Under the pieces are notes generated by a model. That model saw only the letters and a program-made list of their open reading frames with translations, was not told where the DNA came from and searched no databases. DNA of 64,000 nucleotides from Planctomycetota bacterium (GTDB lineage Bacteria > Planctomycetota > MHYJ01 > WSZJ01): assembly GCA_038060895.1 (NCBI GenBank), contig JBBTCT010000018.1, forward strand, positions 32,001-96,000, read 5' to 3'. This document shows positions 39,818 to 49,474 of this stretch, piece by piece. The translations under genes and the position numbers were made by a program. Positions within the stretch are counted from its first letter, which is position 1, and every line of letters begins with the position of its first letter.

Positions 39818-40948
39818 TCAGAATTCCGAGGGGCCTATTTCCCGAGTCAACCAAGCCTCTTCCGCGGAGAGCGCATGGCTCAGGGAGTCGGGGCGGATCG
39901 TCGGGTGCCGAGCGAGCAAGTCAGCCGGTGACACGGAGGTTTCGTCCGGTATGCCGTGGCGTCCCAGCAGCAGCTGAAGCAGGTTCGCACGGACCACCCG
40001 AACGGCCTCGGACCTGCTTTCGATCCTCGACCGCTGCCTGCAAAGTTCCCGCAATCGCTCTACTTGGCGACAGACAATCCGCTTGCGTTCTTCGTCCTCG
40101 ACCGGAATTGTCCCTTCGACTCCGCCGCCGACTTGCTCCAAGTTCTCGACCTGATACTCCCTCGACACAAGTCGGAGCAGTACCTCGCGAATCCGGTCAG
40201 CCGTGACGCGGATTCGAAAAGCTCCCCCACGTTGGCGGGTAAGAAATGGGCCTCCGGCACGGAGAATCCCCGCGACCGTCTCTTGCCGAATGTCCTCATC
40301 CGGAAGTTCGCAACGCAGCGACTTGACGCTCTTTCGGACTCGATAATCGCGATCCAGCCGCCGGGCCGTCTTGCTTCGTGCCGAGTGAAACAGGGCTTGG
40401 TTGAAGGGGTCTTGGAGGGAGCCGTAGCGAATCTGATCAACGGCGTCTAGGTCTTCGGACCAAATGCCCGGGCCGAAGTCGAGAACCTTGAACTGAGCGA
40501 GCATCCGGCCGTACTTCGAGCGATCCTCGCGGCATCGCTGATCGGTCAGAGCGTCCCACGCAACCCAGGCTCGCATGAGGTCTTGCCGATTCTGTCCCGG
40601 CCGGAGCAAGCTACGCTCGCGAATTTCATCGCCGAGGATGGAAAAAAAGCGGGTGCAGACGCGAACGATTTGCAACCGGCGAACTTCGTAGGTGAGGTAC
40701 GTCTCGGCGGGCATGGAATCCCAAATCTCTCGTCGGATGATCCCGCCAAGCTCGTCTATGCGGGTCAGACCATAGGTCGTGTAGGTATCGAGCCAAGCGA
40801 GCGCCATCTGTCGCGTGAACTTGACCCTCGATACCGACGTGATCGGCCGGTAAAAGGGTCGCTTACTTTTGGGGGGTTCCACGTCTCGCCCTTCCGTGAA
40901 AGCGGGCCGAGGAAGTCGGGGGCGAGTCCGACTTACCTCGGTCCGCAA
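39818..40948 (-). CDS. Hypothetical protein, C-terminal half sigma-factor-like
   Basis: DEDIRQET...RVTADRIREVL resembles region 2; possible terminal HTH; start uncertain. Confidence 0.45.
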   Translation of the reverse strand: MRTEVSRTRPRLPRPAFTEGRDVEPPKSKRPFYRPITSVSRVKFTRQMALAWLDTYTTYGLTRIDELGGIIRREIWDSMPAETYLTYEVRRLQIVRVCTRFFSILGDEIRERSLLRPGQNRQDLMRAWVAWDALTDQRCREDRSKYGRMLAQFKVLDFGPGIWSEDLDAVDQIRYGSLQDPFNQALFHSARSKTARRLDRDYRVRKSVKSLRCELPDEDIRQETVAGILRAGGPFLTRQRGGAFRIRVTADRIREVLLRLVSREYQVENLEQVGGGVEGTIPVEDEERKRIVCRQVERLRELCRQRSRIESRSEAVRVVRANLLQLLLGRHGIPDETSVSPADLLARHPTIRPDSLSHALSAEEAWLTREIGPSEF

Positions 40949-41176
40949 GCCTCGCGGGGAGCTACCCCGCGTCAGTCATTCTACCGTCAGAGCAGAGCCA
41001 ACTAGCATCGAGGTTGGCACCGTCCCCGGCCCCGTCCGCGCATCGGTTCTCTTCGGCTGAGGTCGGTCCACGTCGGTTTGAACGTGAACCTCCGTTCGGC
41101 TTCAAGCGTTGACCCTGCAAGGGTTTCCCTCTAGGATTCCGCCCGCCGCGGGGTTGAATCCGCGACGGGCGAAACG

Positions 41177-41221
41177 GTTTTGTAAACACGAGGTTGCGGG
41201 TTCAAGTCCCGCGCCCAGCTT
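41177..41221 (+). repeat. attR core (duplicated tRNA-Thr 3' half)
   Basis: Identical to 29156-29200. Confidence 0.93.
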
Positions 41222-41343
41222 CGAATCGAGGTGAGGGAGTCGGTGGAGGCTGCGTCGGGCGGCGGGCAGGGCGATGGCGGAGAACTTCAGCATTTGGCGC
41301 CGCCCGACTCCGCCTCCACACGACTCCCTCACCTCGATTCGAA
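41220..41343. repeat. Long inverted repeat (~45-bp arms)
   Basis: 41220-41264 vs 41298-41343. Confidence 0.88.
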
Positions 41344-41400
41344 ATTGAACGACCCGGCGTATTGACAACAGGCGTTTTGACCTTCAAGAATTCGTGACTC

Positions 41401-41482
41401 GGGCAGATACCCAAGTGGCTAAAGGGGCCAGACTGTAAATCTGGTGGCTATGCCTTCGGGGGTTCGAATCCCTCTCTGCCCA
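41401..41482 (+). tRNA. tRNA-Tyr(GUA)
   Basis: GGGCAGA/TCTGCCC stem, CT-GTA-AA loop, long variable arm. Confidence 0.96.
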
Positions 41483-41502
41483 TCGAAACGCGCCATTCAC
41501 GC

Positions 41503-41575
41503 GCGGGTGTAGCTCAATTGGCAGAGCGCCAGCCTTCCAAGCTGGCCGTTGTGGGTTCGAGCCCCATCACCCGCT
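41503..41575 (+). tRNA. tRNA-Gly(UCC)
   Basis: GCGGGTG/CACCCGC stem, CT-TCC-AA loop. Confidence 0.96.
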
Positions 41576-41860
41576 TCAGGTTCCGACTTTTCTGACGGCC
41601 CGACGATGAGGGCTGATGATCGAGCGTTTCCGCCGCACAGTTCGCGCAATTTAAGGAACAGTGCGCCCGAGAGGGCCGTGTTTTTTCGTTTCTTGACGAG
41701 CGAAGCTAACTGGTTTTTGCCGTGTCGGAGAAGGAAGTGGTTCTGTTTTGGTCCAGCCAGTCAGCCTGCAGCGGCCCTAACTTTCGCGCGAGCGGTTCGT
41801 CCGTAACTTGCAGCCCCTCAGAGGCTTTGCTATTTTGCCGCCCCCTTGAGAGGAGGGCAC

Positions 41861-43009
41861 ATGTCCCGCAACATCTTCATCACGGCCACGCGGCCGAACG
41901 AAGGCAAGACGGCGCTCACGCTCGGGCTCAGCGCCGCGTTCGTGAAAAAGGGCAAGCGCATCGGGTTCATCAAGCCGGTCGGGACCGCGGACATCGACGC
42001 GGGGAATTCCCGGTCAATCGATGAGGACACGCTCCTCATCGAGCGCGCCTGCCGCGTGCACTGCAACATCGAGGACATGAACCCCGTGACGCTCAAGCCG
42101 GGGTTCCCGGACCAGTTCGCGACGCCGGCGGCACGGCAGGGACTCATCGACCGCGTCAGGCGCGCCTACGACCGCGTCGCACAGGACAAGGAATTCGTCG
42201 TCATCGAAGGCACCGGCCACGCGGCGGTCGGGTCGAGCTGGGGCGTCTCCAACGCGGACATGGCCAAGCTCCTCAACGCCAAGGTCCTCCTCGTCGCTTC
42301 CGGCGGCGTCGGCCAGCCGATCGATGACATCCTCCTCAACAAGAAATTCTTCGAGGCCCAGGGCGTCGGCCTCCTCGGCGTCGTCATCAACAAGGTCTAT
42401 CCCGGCGAAATGGAGCGCATCGACAAGGTCGCCCGCAAGATCCTCGCCGAACACGACGTCGCCCTCCTCGGCGCCATCCCCTACGAGCGCGACCTCTACA
42501 CGCCCACCGTCCTCCAGGTCCTCGAAACGCTTCGCGGCGACCTCCTCAACGGCGAGTCCGCCCTCAACACCCGCATCGGGAACGTCCTCATCGGCGCCAT
42601 GACCCCTCATAACGCCATGGACAAGTTCGAGGGCTCCTGCCTCCTCATCACCCCCGGAGACCGCGAGGACATGATCCTCGCCGCCCTCTCCATGACCCTC
42701 GTCGACCAGAAGAACCGCTTCTGCCTCGCAGGCCTCGTCCTCACCGGGGACATCTACCCGCGCAAGAACATCCTCGAGATCATCAAGAGGACGGGCGTGC
42801 CGGTGATGGTCGTGAAGAGCGACTCGTACGCGACGGCGAGCCGGGTGAACAACCTGGTAGTGAAGATCAGCCCGTGGGACAGCGCGAAGATCAACTACAT
42901 CGTGGACCTCGTCGGGAAATACGTGGAGGTCGACGAGGTGCTGAAGCGGATTGCGGAGGACGGCGGCGGGCCGAAGAGGGGGAAGAGTGGCGACAAGAAA
43001 GCCGAGTAG
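41861..43009 (+). CDS. Pta N-terminal-like protein (BioD-type P-loop plus DRTGG domain, no PTA catalytic domain)
   Basis: FITAT..NEGKT, GFIKPVG, IEGTGH, ITPGDREDM. Confidence 0.85.
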   Translation: MSRNIFITATRPNEGKTALTLGLSAAFVKKGKRIGFIKPVGTADIDAGNSRSIDEDTLLIERACRVHCNIEDMNPVTLKPGFPDQFATPAARQGLIDRVRRAYDRVAQDKEFVVIEGTGHAAVGSSWGVSNADMAKLLNAKVLLVASGGVGQPIDDILLNKKFFEAQGVGLLGVVINKVYPGEMERIDKVARKILAEHDVALLGAIPYERDLYTPTVLQVLETLRGDLLNGESALNTRIGNVLIGAMTPHNAMDKFEGSCLLITPGDREDMILAALSMTLVDQKNRFCLAGLVLTGDIYPRKNILEIIKRTGVPVMVVKSDSYATASRVNNLVVKISPWDSAKINYIVDLVGKYVEVDEVLKRIAEDGGGPKRGKSGDKKAE

Positions 43010-43022
43010 CGGGCCGAAGGCC

Positions 43023-43817
43023 GTGCTGGACGTCGCGGTGGGCGGCGCGTGCGGCAAGATGGGGGAGCGCATCCTCGCCGTCCTGGCGGGCGAGGCCGGG
43101 TGCCGGCTGGCCGCGGCGATCGAGCGCGAGGGGCACCCGGGAGCGGGGAAGGATGTCGGGGAAGCGCTGGGGCAGGCGAAGCGCGGCGTGCCGCTCGAGT
43201 CGGCGCTGTCGCGCAAAGTGGACGTGCTCATCGACTTCTCGCACTTTTCAGCGACGGCGGCCCGGCTTGCGGAGTGCGTGAAGCTCGGCGTGCCGATGCT
43301 GGTGGGGACGACCGGCCTCGAGGCGGCGACGCGCGAAGCACTGCAGGCCGCGGGGAAGAAGATCCCCGTGTGCGTCGCTTCGAACGTGTCCGTCGGCGCG
43401 AATCTTCTGTTCAGGCTGGCGGCCGAGGCGGCCAAGGTTCTTGGCGACGCGTACGACGTCGAAATCGTGGAAGCGCATCACCGCATGAAAAAGGACGCGC
43501 CTTCGGGCACGGCGCTCACGCTGGCGCAGCGCGTCGCGGAGGCACTCGGGCGCGATCTTGAAAAGGAGCGCCGCGACGGGCGCAAGGGGGACGTCGGGGC
43601 GAGGACGACCGGCGAGATCGGGATCCATGCGGTTCGCGCCGGCGACATCGTCGGCGAGCACACGATTACTTTCGCGGGACTCGGGGAGCGCATCGAGATC
43701 GTCCATCGCGCTTCAACCCGGGATACTTTCGCTCGCGGCGCGGTCCGTGCGGCCTGCTGGCTGGCGGGGGCGAAAGCGGGGTACTACAAGATTGAGGAAG
43801 CGCTCGGGATGGAGTAA
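43023..43817 (+). CDS. dapB: 4-hydroxy-tetrahydrodipicolinate reductase
   Basis: GACGKMG, DFS, GTTG, EAHHRMKKDAPSGTA, FARGA; start may be 42987. Confidence 0.96.
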   Translation: MLDVAVGGACGKMGERILAVLAGEAGCRLAAAIEREGHPGAGKDVGEALGQAKRGVPLESALSRKVDVLIDFSHFSATAARLAECVKLGVPMLVGTTGLEAATREALQAAGKKIPVCVASNVSVGANLLFRLAAEAAKVLGDAYDVEIVEAHHRMKKDAPSGTALTLAQRVAEALGRDLEKERRDGRKGDVGARTTGEIGIHAVRAGDIVGEHTITFAGLGERIEIVHRASTRDTFARGAVRAACWLAGAKAGYYKIEEALGME

Positions 43818-43824
43818 GCGGTCG

Positions 43825-44097
43825 CTACTTGATCTTCTCTTCCATCATGCGTCCGGGCTTGAACGTCACCACGCGTTTCTCCGCCACGAAGACCTCGGCT
43901 CCCGTGCGGGGATTTCGCGCCTTGCGCGCCTTGCGCATCTTGACCTCGAACACGCCGAAATTACGAAGCTCGATACGTCCGTTGGCGATCAGCGTCTCGA
44001 GGATGGCATCGAACGTCCCCTGGACGACTTTCTTCGCGTCGACCTGTGAGAGCGTGAAGCGGTCGGCGAGGGTCTTGACGATGTCCTTCTTCGTCAC
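43825..44097 (-). CDS. IHF/HU DNA-binding protein
   Basis: [25 protein letters not shown]. Confidence 0.95.
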   Translation of the reverse strand: MTKKDIVKTLADRFTLSQVDAKKVVQGTFDAILETLIANGRIELRNFGVFEVKMRKARKARNPRTGAEVFVAEKRVVTFKPGRMMEEKIK

Positions 44098-44374
44098 GGG
44101 GGAGCCTCCTTAACTTGCGTCGGGGCGTCGCTTCTAAAGCGCGGAACTAAAACGATTTAAGTACAGAGGAAGAACATAAGCCTCTTGCGGGGGGCGAGTC
44201 AAGCGGCTTTTTTTGCAAATCGCTCGCAAGTCGTTATGGCGAAGGGATTTCGTGGAAGCGTGATGCCGCCGGCGGTTTGTCCCGGCCGATGGCGATGCCG
44301 CCGCAACTTCCCTTCCCACGGAGTCTTGCGATGGAACCCGCTCCGCGGCGGTCGCGCGTGGGTATGATCCCGGA

Positions 44375-46522
44375 ATGGCCGCTTCCACCCGAACTTCGCT
44401 GGCGCTCAAGGGAATGACCTGCGCGAGTTGCGTGGGGCGCGTCCAGACTGCGCTGGCGGCGGTCCCCGGGGTGTCCCGTGCGAACGTCAATCTGGCGACG
44501 GAGCGCGCCACGGTCGAGTCGGAGGGCGTCGATCCGGTCGCGCTGGTTGCGGCGGTGCGTGGCGCCGGGTACGAGGCGTCGCTGGTCGAAACGGGGGCGC
44601 CTCCGGCCGCGGCGGAGGCTGCGCGCGGCGACCTCCGTCTGCCGGTCGCGCTCGCTGGAGCGGCCGCGCTGATGGCGCTCTCGATGGACGAGATGTTCCT
44701 CGGCCACGGACGCCATTTCGTTCCCGACCCTCCACTCCGGTGGATCCTGCTCGCGATCGCCACTCCGGTCCAGCTGTGGTGCGGTTGGCCCTTCCTGCGC
44801 GGCGCCATCGCCTCGGCCAGGCACTTCGCCGCCGACATGAACACGCTCGTCGCGGTGGGCACCTGGTCGTCGTTCCTCGTCTCGTTCGCGGCGGCGCTCG
44901 GCCACGGCCATGGTTTTTATTTCGAAACCGGCGCGACGATCATCGCGCTGATCCTGCTCGGGCGAACGCTCGAACACCGTGCCCGGCGGCGCGCCGGAGC
45001 GGCGATCCGCAAGCTCATGGAACTGCGGCCCGCGACGGCGCGCGTCGTCGTCGCGGGGACGGAATCGGAGGTGCCCGTCGAGCGGGTCCGCGCCGGAGAC
45101 CTCGTGCGCGTCCGCCCTGGCGAGCGGCTCGCCGTGGACGGCGAGGTCGTCGAGGGCGAGTCGCCGATCGACGAATCCATGGTCACCGGCGAATCCATGC
45201 CCGTCACCCGTCGCCCCGGCGACCCCGTCACCGGCGGCACCGTCAACGGAAGCGGCTCGCTGCTCTTCAAGGCCACGCGCGTCGGCGGCGAAACCCTGCT
45301 CGCGCAGATCGTCCGCGCGGTCGAGGAGGCGCAGACGCGCAAGGCGCCGGTCGAGCGGTTGGCCGACCGGGCTGCGGGCGTCTTCGTGCCCTTCGTTCTC
45401 ATCGCCGCCGCCGTGACTTTCGCCGGCTGGTGGATCGCGAAGAACGACCCCGCCGCCGGTTTTCTCCCGGCCGTCGCGGTCCTCGTCATTGCATGCCCCT
45501 GTGCTCTGGGCCTGGCAACGCCGACCGCGGTGATGGCCGGCATCGGCCGCGGCGCGGAAAAAGGGATTCTCATCCGGGGCGGGGAAGCGCTGGAAGTCGC
45601 GCACAAACTGAGGACGATCGTCTTCGACAAGACGGGCACGCTCACCGAGGGCCGCCCCGAGGTCGTTGACGTCCTGACGCTCAGTCCAGACTTCCTCCCA
45701 CTCGCGCTCGCCGCAGAAAAGCGCAGCGAGCACCCGCTTGCCCGCGCCATCGTCCGCTTCTCAGAAAAGAAAACATCGGGCTCCCCCGAGCCCGACGATT
45801 TCTTCTCGTACTCGGGAAGCGGTGTCGAAGCGACCCTCCAGGGACGCACCGTCGTCGTGGGCTCGCCGGAATTCCTCGCCGGCCGTGGAATCGACGTCGC
45901 CCCCGCCGGGACGTTCGTGATGCGGAACCGCGTCGAGGGGCGCACCGTCGTGGCGGCAGCCATGGAAGAGCGCCTGCTCGGCGCCTTCGCCGTCGCCGAC
46001 CCCGTCCGCCCCGCCGCCCGCGAAGCCGTAGATTCCCTCAAGCGCCGCGGACTTGCCGTCGTCATGCTCACCGGCGACAACGCCGTCACAGCAGAATCCG
46101 TCGCAAAGGCCGCCGGCATCGACCGCGTCGTCGCCCAGGTCCTCCCGAAGGAAAAGGCCGCGAAGATCACGGAGCTCCAGTCCGCCGGCCCTGTCGCCAT
46201 GGTCGGCGACGGCATCAACGACGCCCCCGCCCTCGCCACCGCCGACGTCGGCATCGCGATGGGCACCGGGACGGACATCGCGGCCGAAGCGGGACACATC
46301 GTGCTGGTGCGGGGCGACATCCGCGACGTGGAGACGGCCATCAACCTGAGCGCGCGCACCCTGCGCACCATCCGCCAGAACCTGTTCTGGGCGTTCTTCT
46401 ACAACCTCGTGCTCATTCCCGCCGCGGCGCTCGGCTGGCTCAACCCGATGCTCGCGGCGCTTGCAATGGCGTTCTCGAGCGTGAGCGTGGTGATGAATTC
46501 GCTGAGGTTGAGGCGGGCTTAG
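44375..46522 (+). CDS. copA: Cu(I)-translocating P1B ATPase
   Basis: GMTCASC HMA, TGES, CPC, DKTGT, SEHP, GDGINDAP, YN, MAFSS. Confidence 0.93.
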   Translation: MAASTRTSLALKGMTCASCVGRVQTALAAVPGVSRANVNLATERATVESEGVDPVALVAAVRGAGYEASLVETGAPPAAAEAARGDLRLPVALAGAAALMALSMDEMFLGHGRHFVPDPPLRWILLAIATPVQLWCGWPFLRGAIASARHFAADMNTLVAVGTWSSFLVSFAAALGHGHGFYFETGATIIALILLGRTLEHRARRRAGAAIRKLMELRPATARVVVAGTESEVPVERVRAGDLVRVRPGERLAVDGEVVEGESPIDESMVTGESMPVTRRPGDPVTGGTVNGSGSLLFKATRVGGETLLAQIVRAVEEAQTRKAPVERLADRAAGVFVPFVLIAAAVTFAGWWIAKNDPAAGFLPAVAVLVIACPCALGLATPTAVMAGIGRGAEKGILIRGGEALEVAHKLRTIVFDKTGTLTEGRPEVVDVLTLSPDFLPLALAAEKRSEHPLARAIVRFSEKKTSGSPEPDDFFSYSGSGVEATLQGRTVVVGSPEFLAGRGIDVAPAGTFVMRNRVEGRTVVAAAMEERLLGAFAVADPVRPAAREAVDSLKRRGLAVVMLTGDNAVTAESVAKAAGIDRVVAQVLPKEKAAKITELQSAGPVAMVGDGINDAPALATADVGIAMGTGTDIAAEAGHIVLVRGDIRDVETAINLSARTLRTIRQNLFWAFFYNLVLIPAAALGWLNPMLAALAMAFSSVSVVMNSLRLRRA

Positions 46523-46776
46523 CGTCTTGGAGGCACCCGTCGGAACCGAAAATGCGCGCCTCGGCCCTCGGCGCAATAACCAAATGACGAGATCGGTCGA
46601 GCTCGTCGTGGTTTGCGCAATACGGACCGAATCTTACTCTCGTCCTCCCCTCGAGTTCCCCGAATGCCGATTTGCTTCATCATCGACTCGGGAGCGAGGC
46701 CGAGCAAATCCGCGCTGTTGGCAACGATCGCGGCCGTCGTCAAAAAGTCGCTGTAATCCGAGCTGCCTGGGAGCTC

Positions 46777-47715
46777 CTACTTGATGGCTTGGGGCGTTCT
46801 CTCCCATACCTTTCGGAGTACGGTTTCCAGGCGGTCGCGCACTTCCTGGTCCGCGTGACTCTTCATCAGGTCCGCGATCACGGCCGCTGCCGACGCCCCC
46901 TTAGCAACGATCGCGTCGCTCGCGCTCAGCCGCTCGTTCGTGTCCTTCGACACGAGGTGGTCGGCGAGCGCGCGGACCCTGTCCTCGTCCTCCTTGGCGA
47001 GCTTCGGCGGGCTCGTCGCCGCGAGCTCGGCCAGGATCTCCTCGACCTCGGGGCGCATGACGTAGACGTACTCGAACGTCACTCGCGGGTTCTTGAACTC
47101 GCGCACGCGGATGTGAACGTAGCCGCCCTCGCCGCTGCGGAGGCGGAAGCCGTTGGTGGCGGGCTGTGTCTCTTTGAGGTCCACCTCGCCGGCCTGAAGC
47201 GCCTCTGCCATCTCCTTGCGCTTTGTCGCGTCGATTTTTCCGAAACCCTCCGGGACGCCGGGGGCGATGCCGTGGAGGCCGCGGATGGTGATCATCGAAG
47301 CGCCGCCCGCGGAGCGGACGATCGCGACGTCGCCCTTGTGGCCTTCGCCGACTTTGTCCTCCTCGAAGCGCCACGTTTCGCGGCCGAAGCAGTCGAGCTG
47401 GAACTGGCCGATTTTGAAGTACGTCGGGAACGCGCCGGCGACGCCGCGGTGGATGATCTTGTCCTCCTTGTTGATGCGGGCGCGGATCTCGAGTGAGTAG
47501 AGCTTGAATCGTTCGGCGTCAAAGGTGCAGGAGGCTTCGCCCGTCTTTGCGATTTCCTTCTCAATGCCGGGCTCGACGAGGAAGACGTGGTACTGGTCGA
47601 CGTCCTCATTTTTCGGCCAGGTCACGGTGAGCTTGCCATCCTTGAACGTGCTCTTGAGGTCGTCGGCAACGGAGGGGAGGCAGAGGAGGCTGGCGAGTGC
47701 GAATGCGAGGCGCAT
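46777..47715 (-). CDS. Secreted hypothetical protein with C-terminal HEAT-like domain
   Basis: Signal peptide; DQEVRDR motif. Confidence 0.65.
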   Translation of the reverse strand: MRLAFALASLLCLPSVADDLKSTFKDGKLTVTWPKNEDVDQYHVFLVEPGIEKEIAKTGEASCTFDAERFKLYSLEIRARINKEDKIIHRGVAGAFPTYFKIGQFQLDCFGRETWRFEEDKVGEGHKGDVAIVRSAGGASMITIRGLHGIAPGVPEGFGKIDATKRKEMAEALQAGEVDLKETQPATNGFRLRSGEGGYVHIRVREFKNPRVTFEYVYVMRPEVEEILAELAATSPPKLAKEDEDRVRALADHLVSKDTNERLSASDAIVAKGASAAAVIADLMKSHADQEVRDRLETVLRKVWERTPQAIK

Positions 47716-47954
47716 GAAGCGGGGTCTCCGGGAGGGGAGTTTCTAAAGATTCCGGTTGCGGAAGGCGGCCGTTCGATCCTGAAGGACATCGATCCATAAG
47801 TGATTGTAGGCGAAGGGCTTGCGTTGCGAGAAGCGACACCTGTCACGTCAACTACAAAAACACATCAGCTTGTGATAACCGAGCCCCTTCTGGACATCCC
47901 CCTCCCGCGAAAATAAAATCTCCACTTCACCCTTTCCCCCCGGAGACCCTTGAC

Positions 47955-49418
47955 ATGATCAAAGTCTCTTCCACCAAGCGCCTCGACCGCACCGACGTCC
48001 TCATTCTCTTTGCCGAGGAGCCGTCGTCGAAGGACGTCAGGGCGCTTCACAAGTGGGACGCGCTCTCCGGGGATTCGAGCCGGCGGCTGGCCGCGGCGCT
48101 CGAGAAGGAGAATTTCCGGGGCAAGGTGGGGCAGACTTTCGTGTGGCACGCGGGGGACTCCCGCGCGGAGCGCGTCATCGTCGCGGGCGTCGGAAAGGCG
48201 GCGACGCGCGACGTGGACCTGACGATCAGGGCGGCCGGCGCGGCGGCGAAGAAGGCGAAGGAGATCGGTGCCACGAAGGTGATGTGCGCGCTTCCGCCGG
48301 CAGGCAAGCTCGGCGAGGAACGCAACGCGCAGGCGGTGACGGAAGGGCTGATCCTGGGCGCGTACGAGTTCGACAAGTACCGGCAGCCGAAGGAGACGAA
48401 GGCGTTTGAGGCGGCCGAGATTCTCGGCGCGCCGGAGCGGGCGGTGAAGCTCGCGGAGATTTTTTCGCGCGCGACCGTTTACGCGCGGGATCTCGTGAAT
48501 ACGCCGGCCGGCGACTGCGCGCCGCGGCATCTTGCGGAAGCCGCGAAGCGGCTGGCCGGGTCGAACGTGAAGGTGACGGTGTGGGGGCAGAAGGAGATCG
48601 AGAAAAAGGGGATGGGCGGGCTGATCGGGATCGGGAAAGGCTCGGACGAGCCGTATCACTTCATCATGCTGAAGTGGGAGGGGAAGAAGGGCTCGAAGAA
48701 GGTCGCGATTCTCGGGAAGGGGATTACGTTTGATTCGGGCGGGCTGTGCATCAAGCCGGCGGACGGGATGGGGACGATGAAGTGCGACATGAGCGGCGCG
48801 GCGGCGGTGCTGGCGATGTTCAGCGCGCTGCCGGACCTGAAGCCGGACTGCACGGTGTACGGCTACATTCCCGCGGCGGAGAACATGACGGGCGGGAGCG
48901 CGGTGAAGACGGGCGACGTCCTGCGCACGGCGAGCGGGCGGACGATCGAGGTGAACAACACCGACGCCGAAGGGCGCGTCGTCCTTGCCGACGCGATGGT
49001 CATCGCGCGCGAGGACAAGCCTGACGAGATGATCGATCTCGCGACGCTCACGGGCGCCTGCGTCGTCGCGCTGGGCGACCAGGTCGCCGGCATGTTCTCC
49101 AACGACGACAACCTCGCCGCCGGCCTCGACGCCGCTTCCAAGCGCGCCGGCGAGCGTCTCTGGCGGATGCCGATCGTCGCCGAATACCGCGACCTCCTCC
49201 GGTCCGACATCGCCGACATCAAGAATTCCGGCGGCCGCGGCGGCGGCGCGATCCAAGGGGCGCTCTTCCTGCAGGAATGGGCGGGGGACCAGCCTTGGGC
49301 GCACCTGGACATCGCGGGGCCGGCGTGGACTGACAAGGGGATGTCCTTCTGCCAGCCGGGAGGGACCGGGTTCGGGGTGCGGACGTTGCTTGAGTACGTG
49401 ACGGCGCAAGGAAAGTAG
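47955..49418 (+). CDS. pepA: Leucyl aminopeptidase (M17)
   Basis: GKGITFDSGG, MKCDMSG, NTDAEGR, ATLTGA, HLDIAG. Confidence 0.97.
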   Translation: MIKVSSTKRLDRTDVLILFAEEPSSKDVRALHKWDALSGDSSRRLAAALEKENFRGKVGQTFVWHAGDSRAERVIVAGVGKAATRDVDLTIRAAGAAAKKAKEIGATKVMCALPPAGKLGEERNAQAVTEGLILGAYEFDKYRQPKETKAFEAAEILGAPERAVKLAEIFSRATVYARDLVNTPAGDCAPRHLAEAAKRLAGSNVKVTVWGQKEIEKKGMGGLIGIGKGSDEPYHFIMLKWEGKKGSKKVAILGKGITFDSGGLCIKPADGMGTMKCDMSGAAAVLAMFSALPDLKPDCTVYGYIPAAENMTGGSAVKTGDVLRTASGRTIEVNNTDAEGRVVLADAMVIAREDKPDEMIDLATLTGACVVALGDQVAGMFSNDDNLAAGLDAASKRAGERLWRMPIVAEYRDLLRSDIADIKNSGGRGGGAIQGALFLQEWAGDQPWAHLDIAGPAWTDKGMSFCQPGGTGFGVRTLLEYVTAQGK

Positions 49419-49474
49419 GGAGTGAGGAGTGTTGAGGGTTGAGCAGGGAGCAGGGAGGAGTCGGGAGATTTGAG

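Larger units (their letters stand above)
29156..41221. mobile_element. ~12 kb integrative element (satellite/PICI-like) in tRNA-Thr
   Basis: 45-bp direct repeat 29156-29200 / 41177-41221 (tRNA 3' half), adjacent integrase, replicase, HTHs, TA; no capsid or conjugation genes recognised. Confidence 0.93.

Noticed and set aside
29264-40948. Calling the island a prophage or ICE
   Set aside because: No structural, lysis, terminase, relaxase or T4SS genes recognised.
41177-41221. Possible second tRNA-Thr
   Set aside because: Only the 3' half is present; it is attR.
46523-46776. Small ORFs or ncRNA between copA and the next gene
   Set aside because: No convincing RBS, motif or structure.
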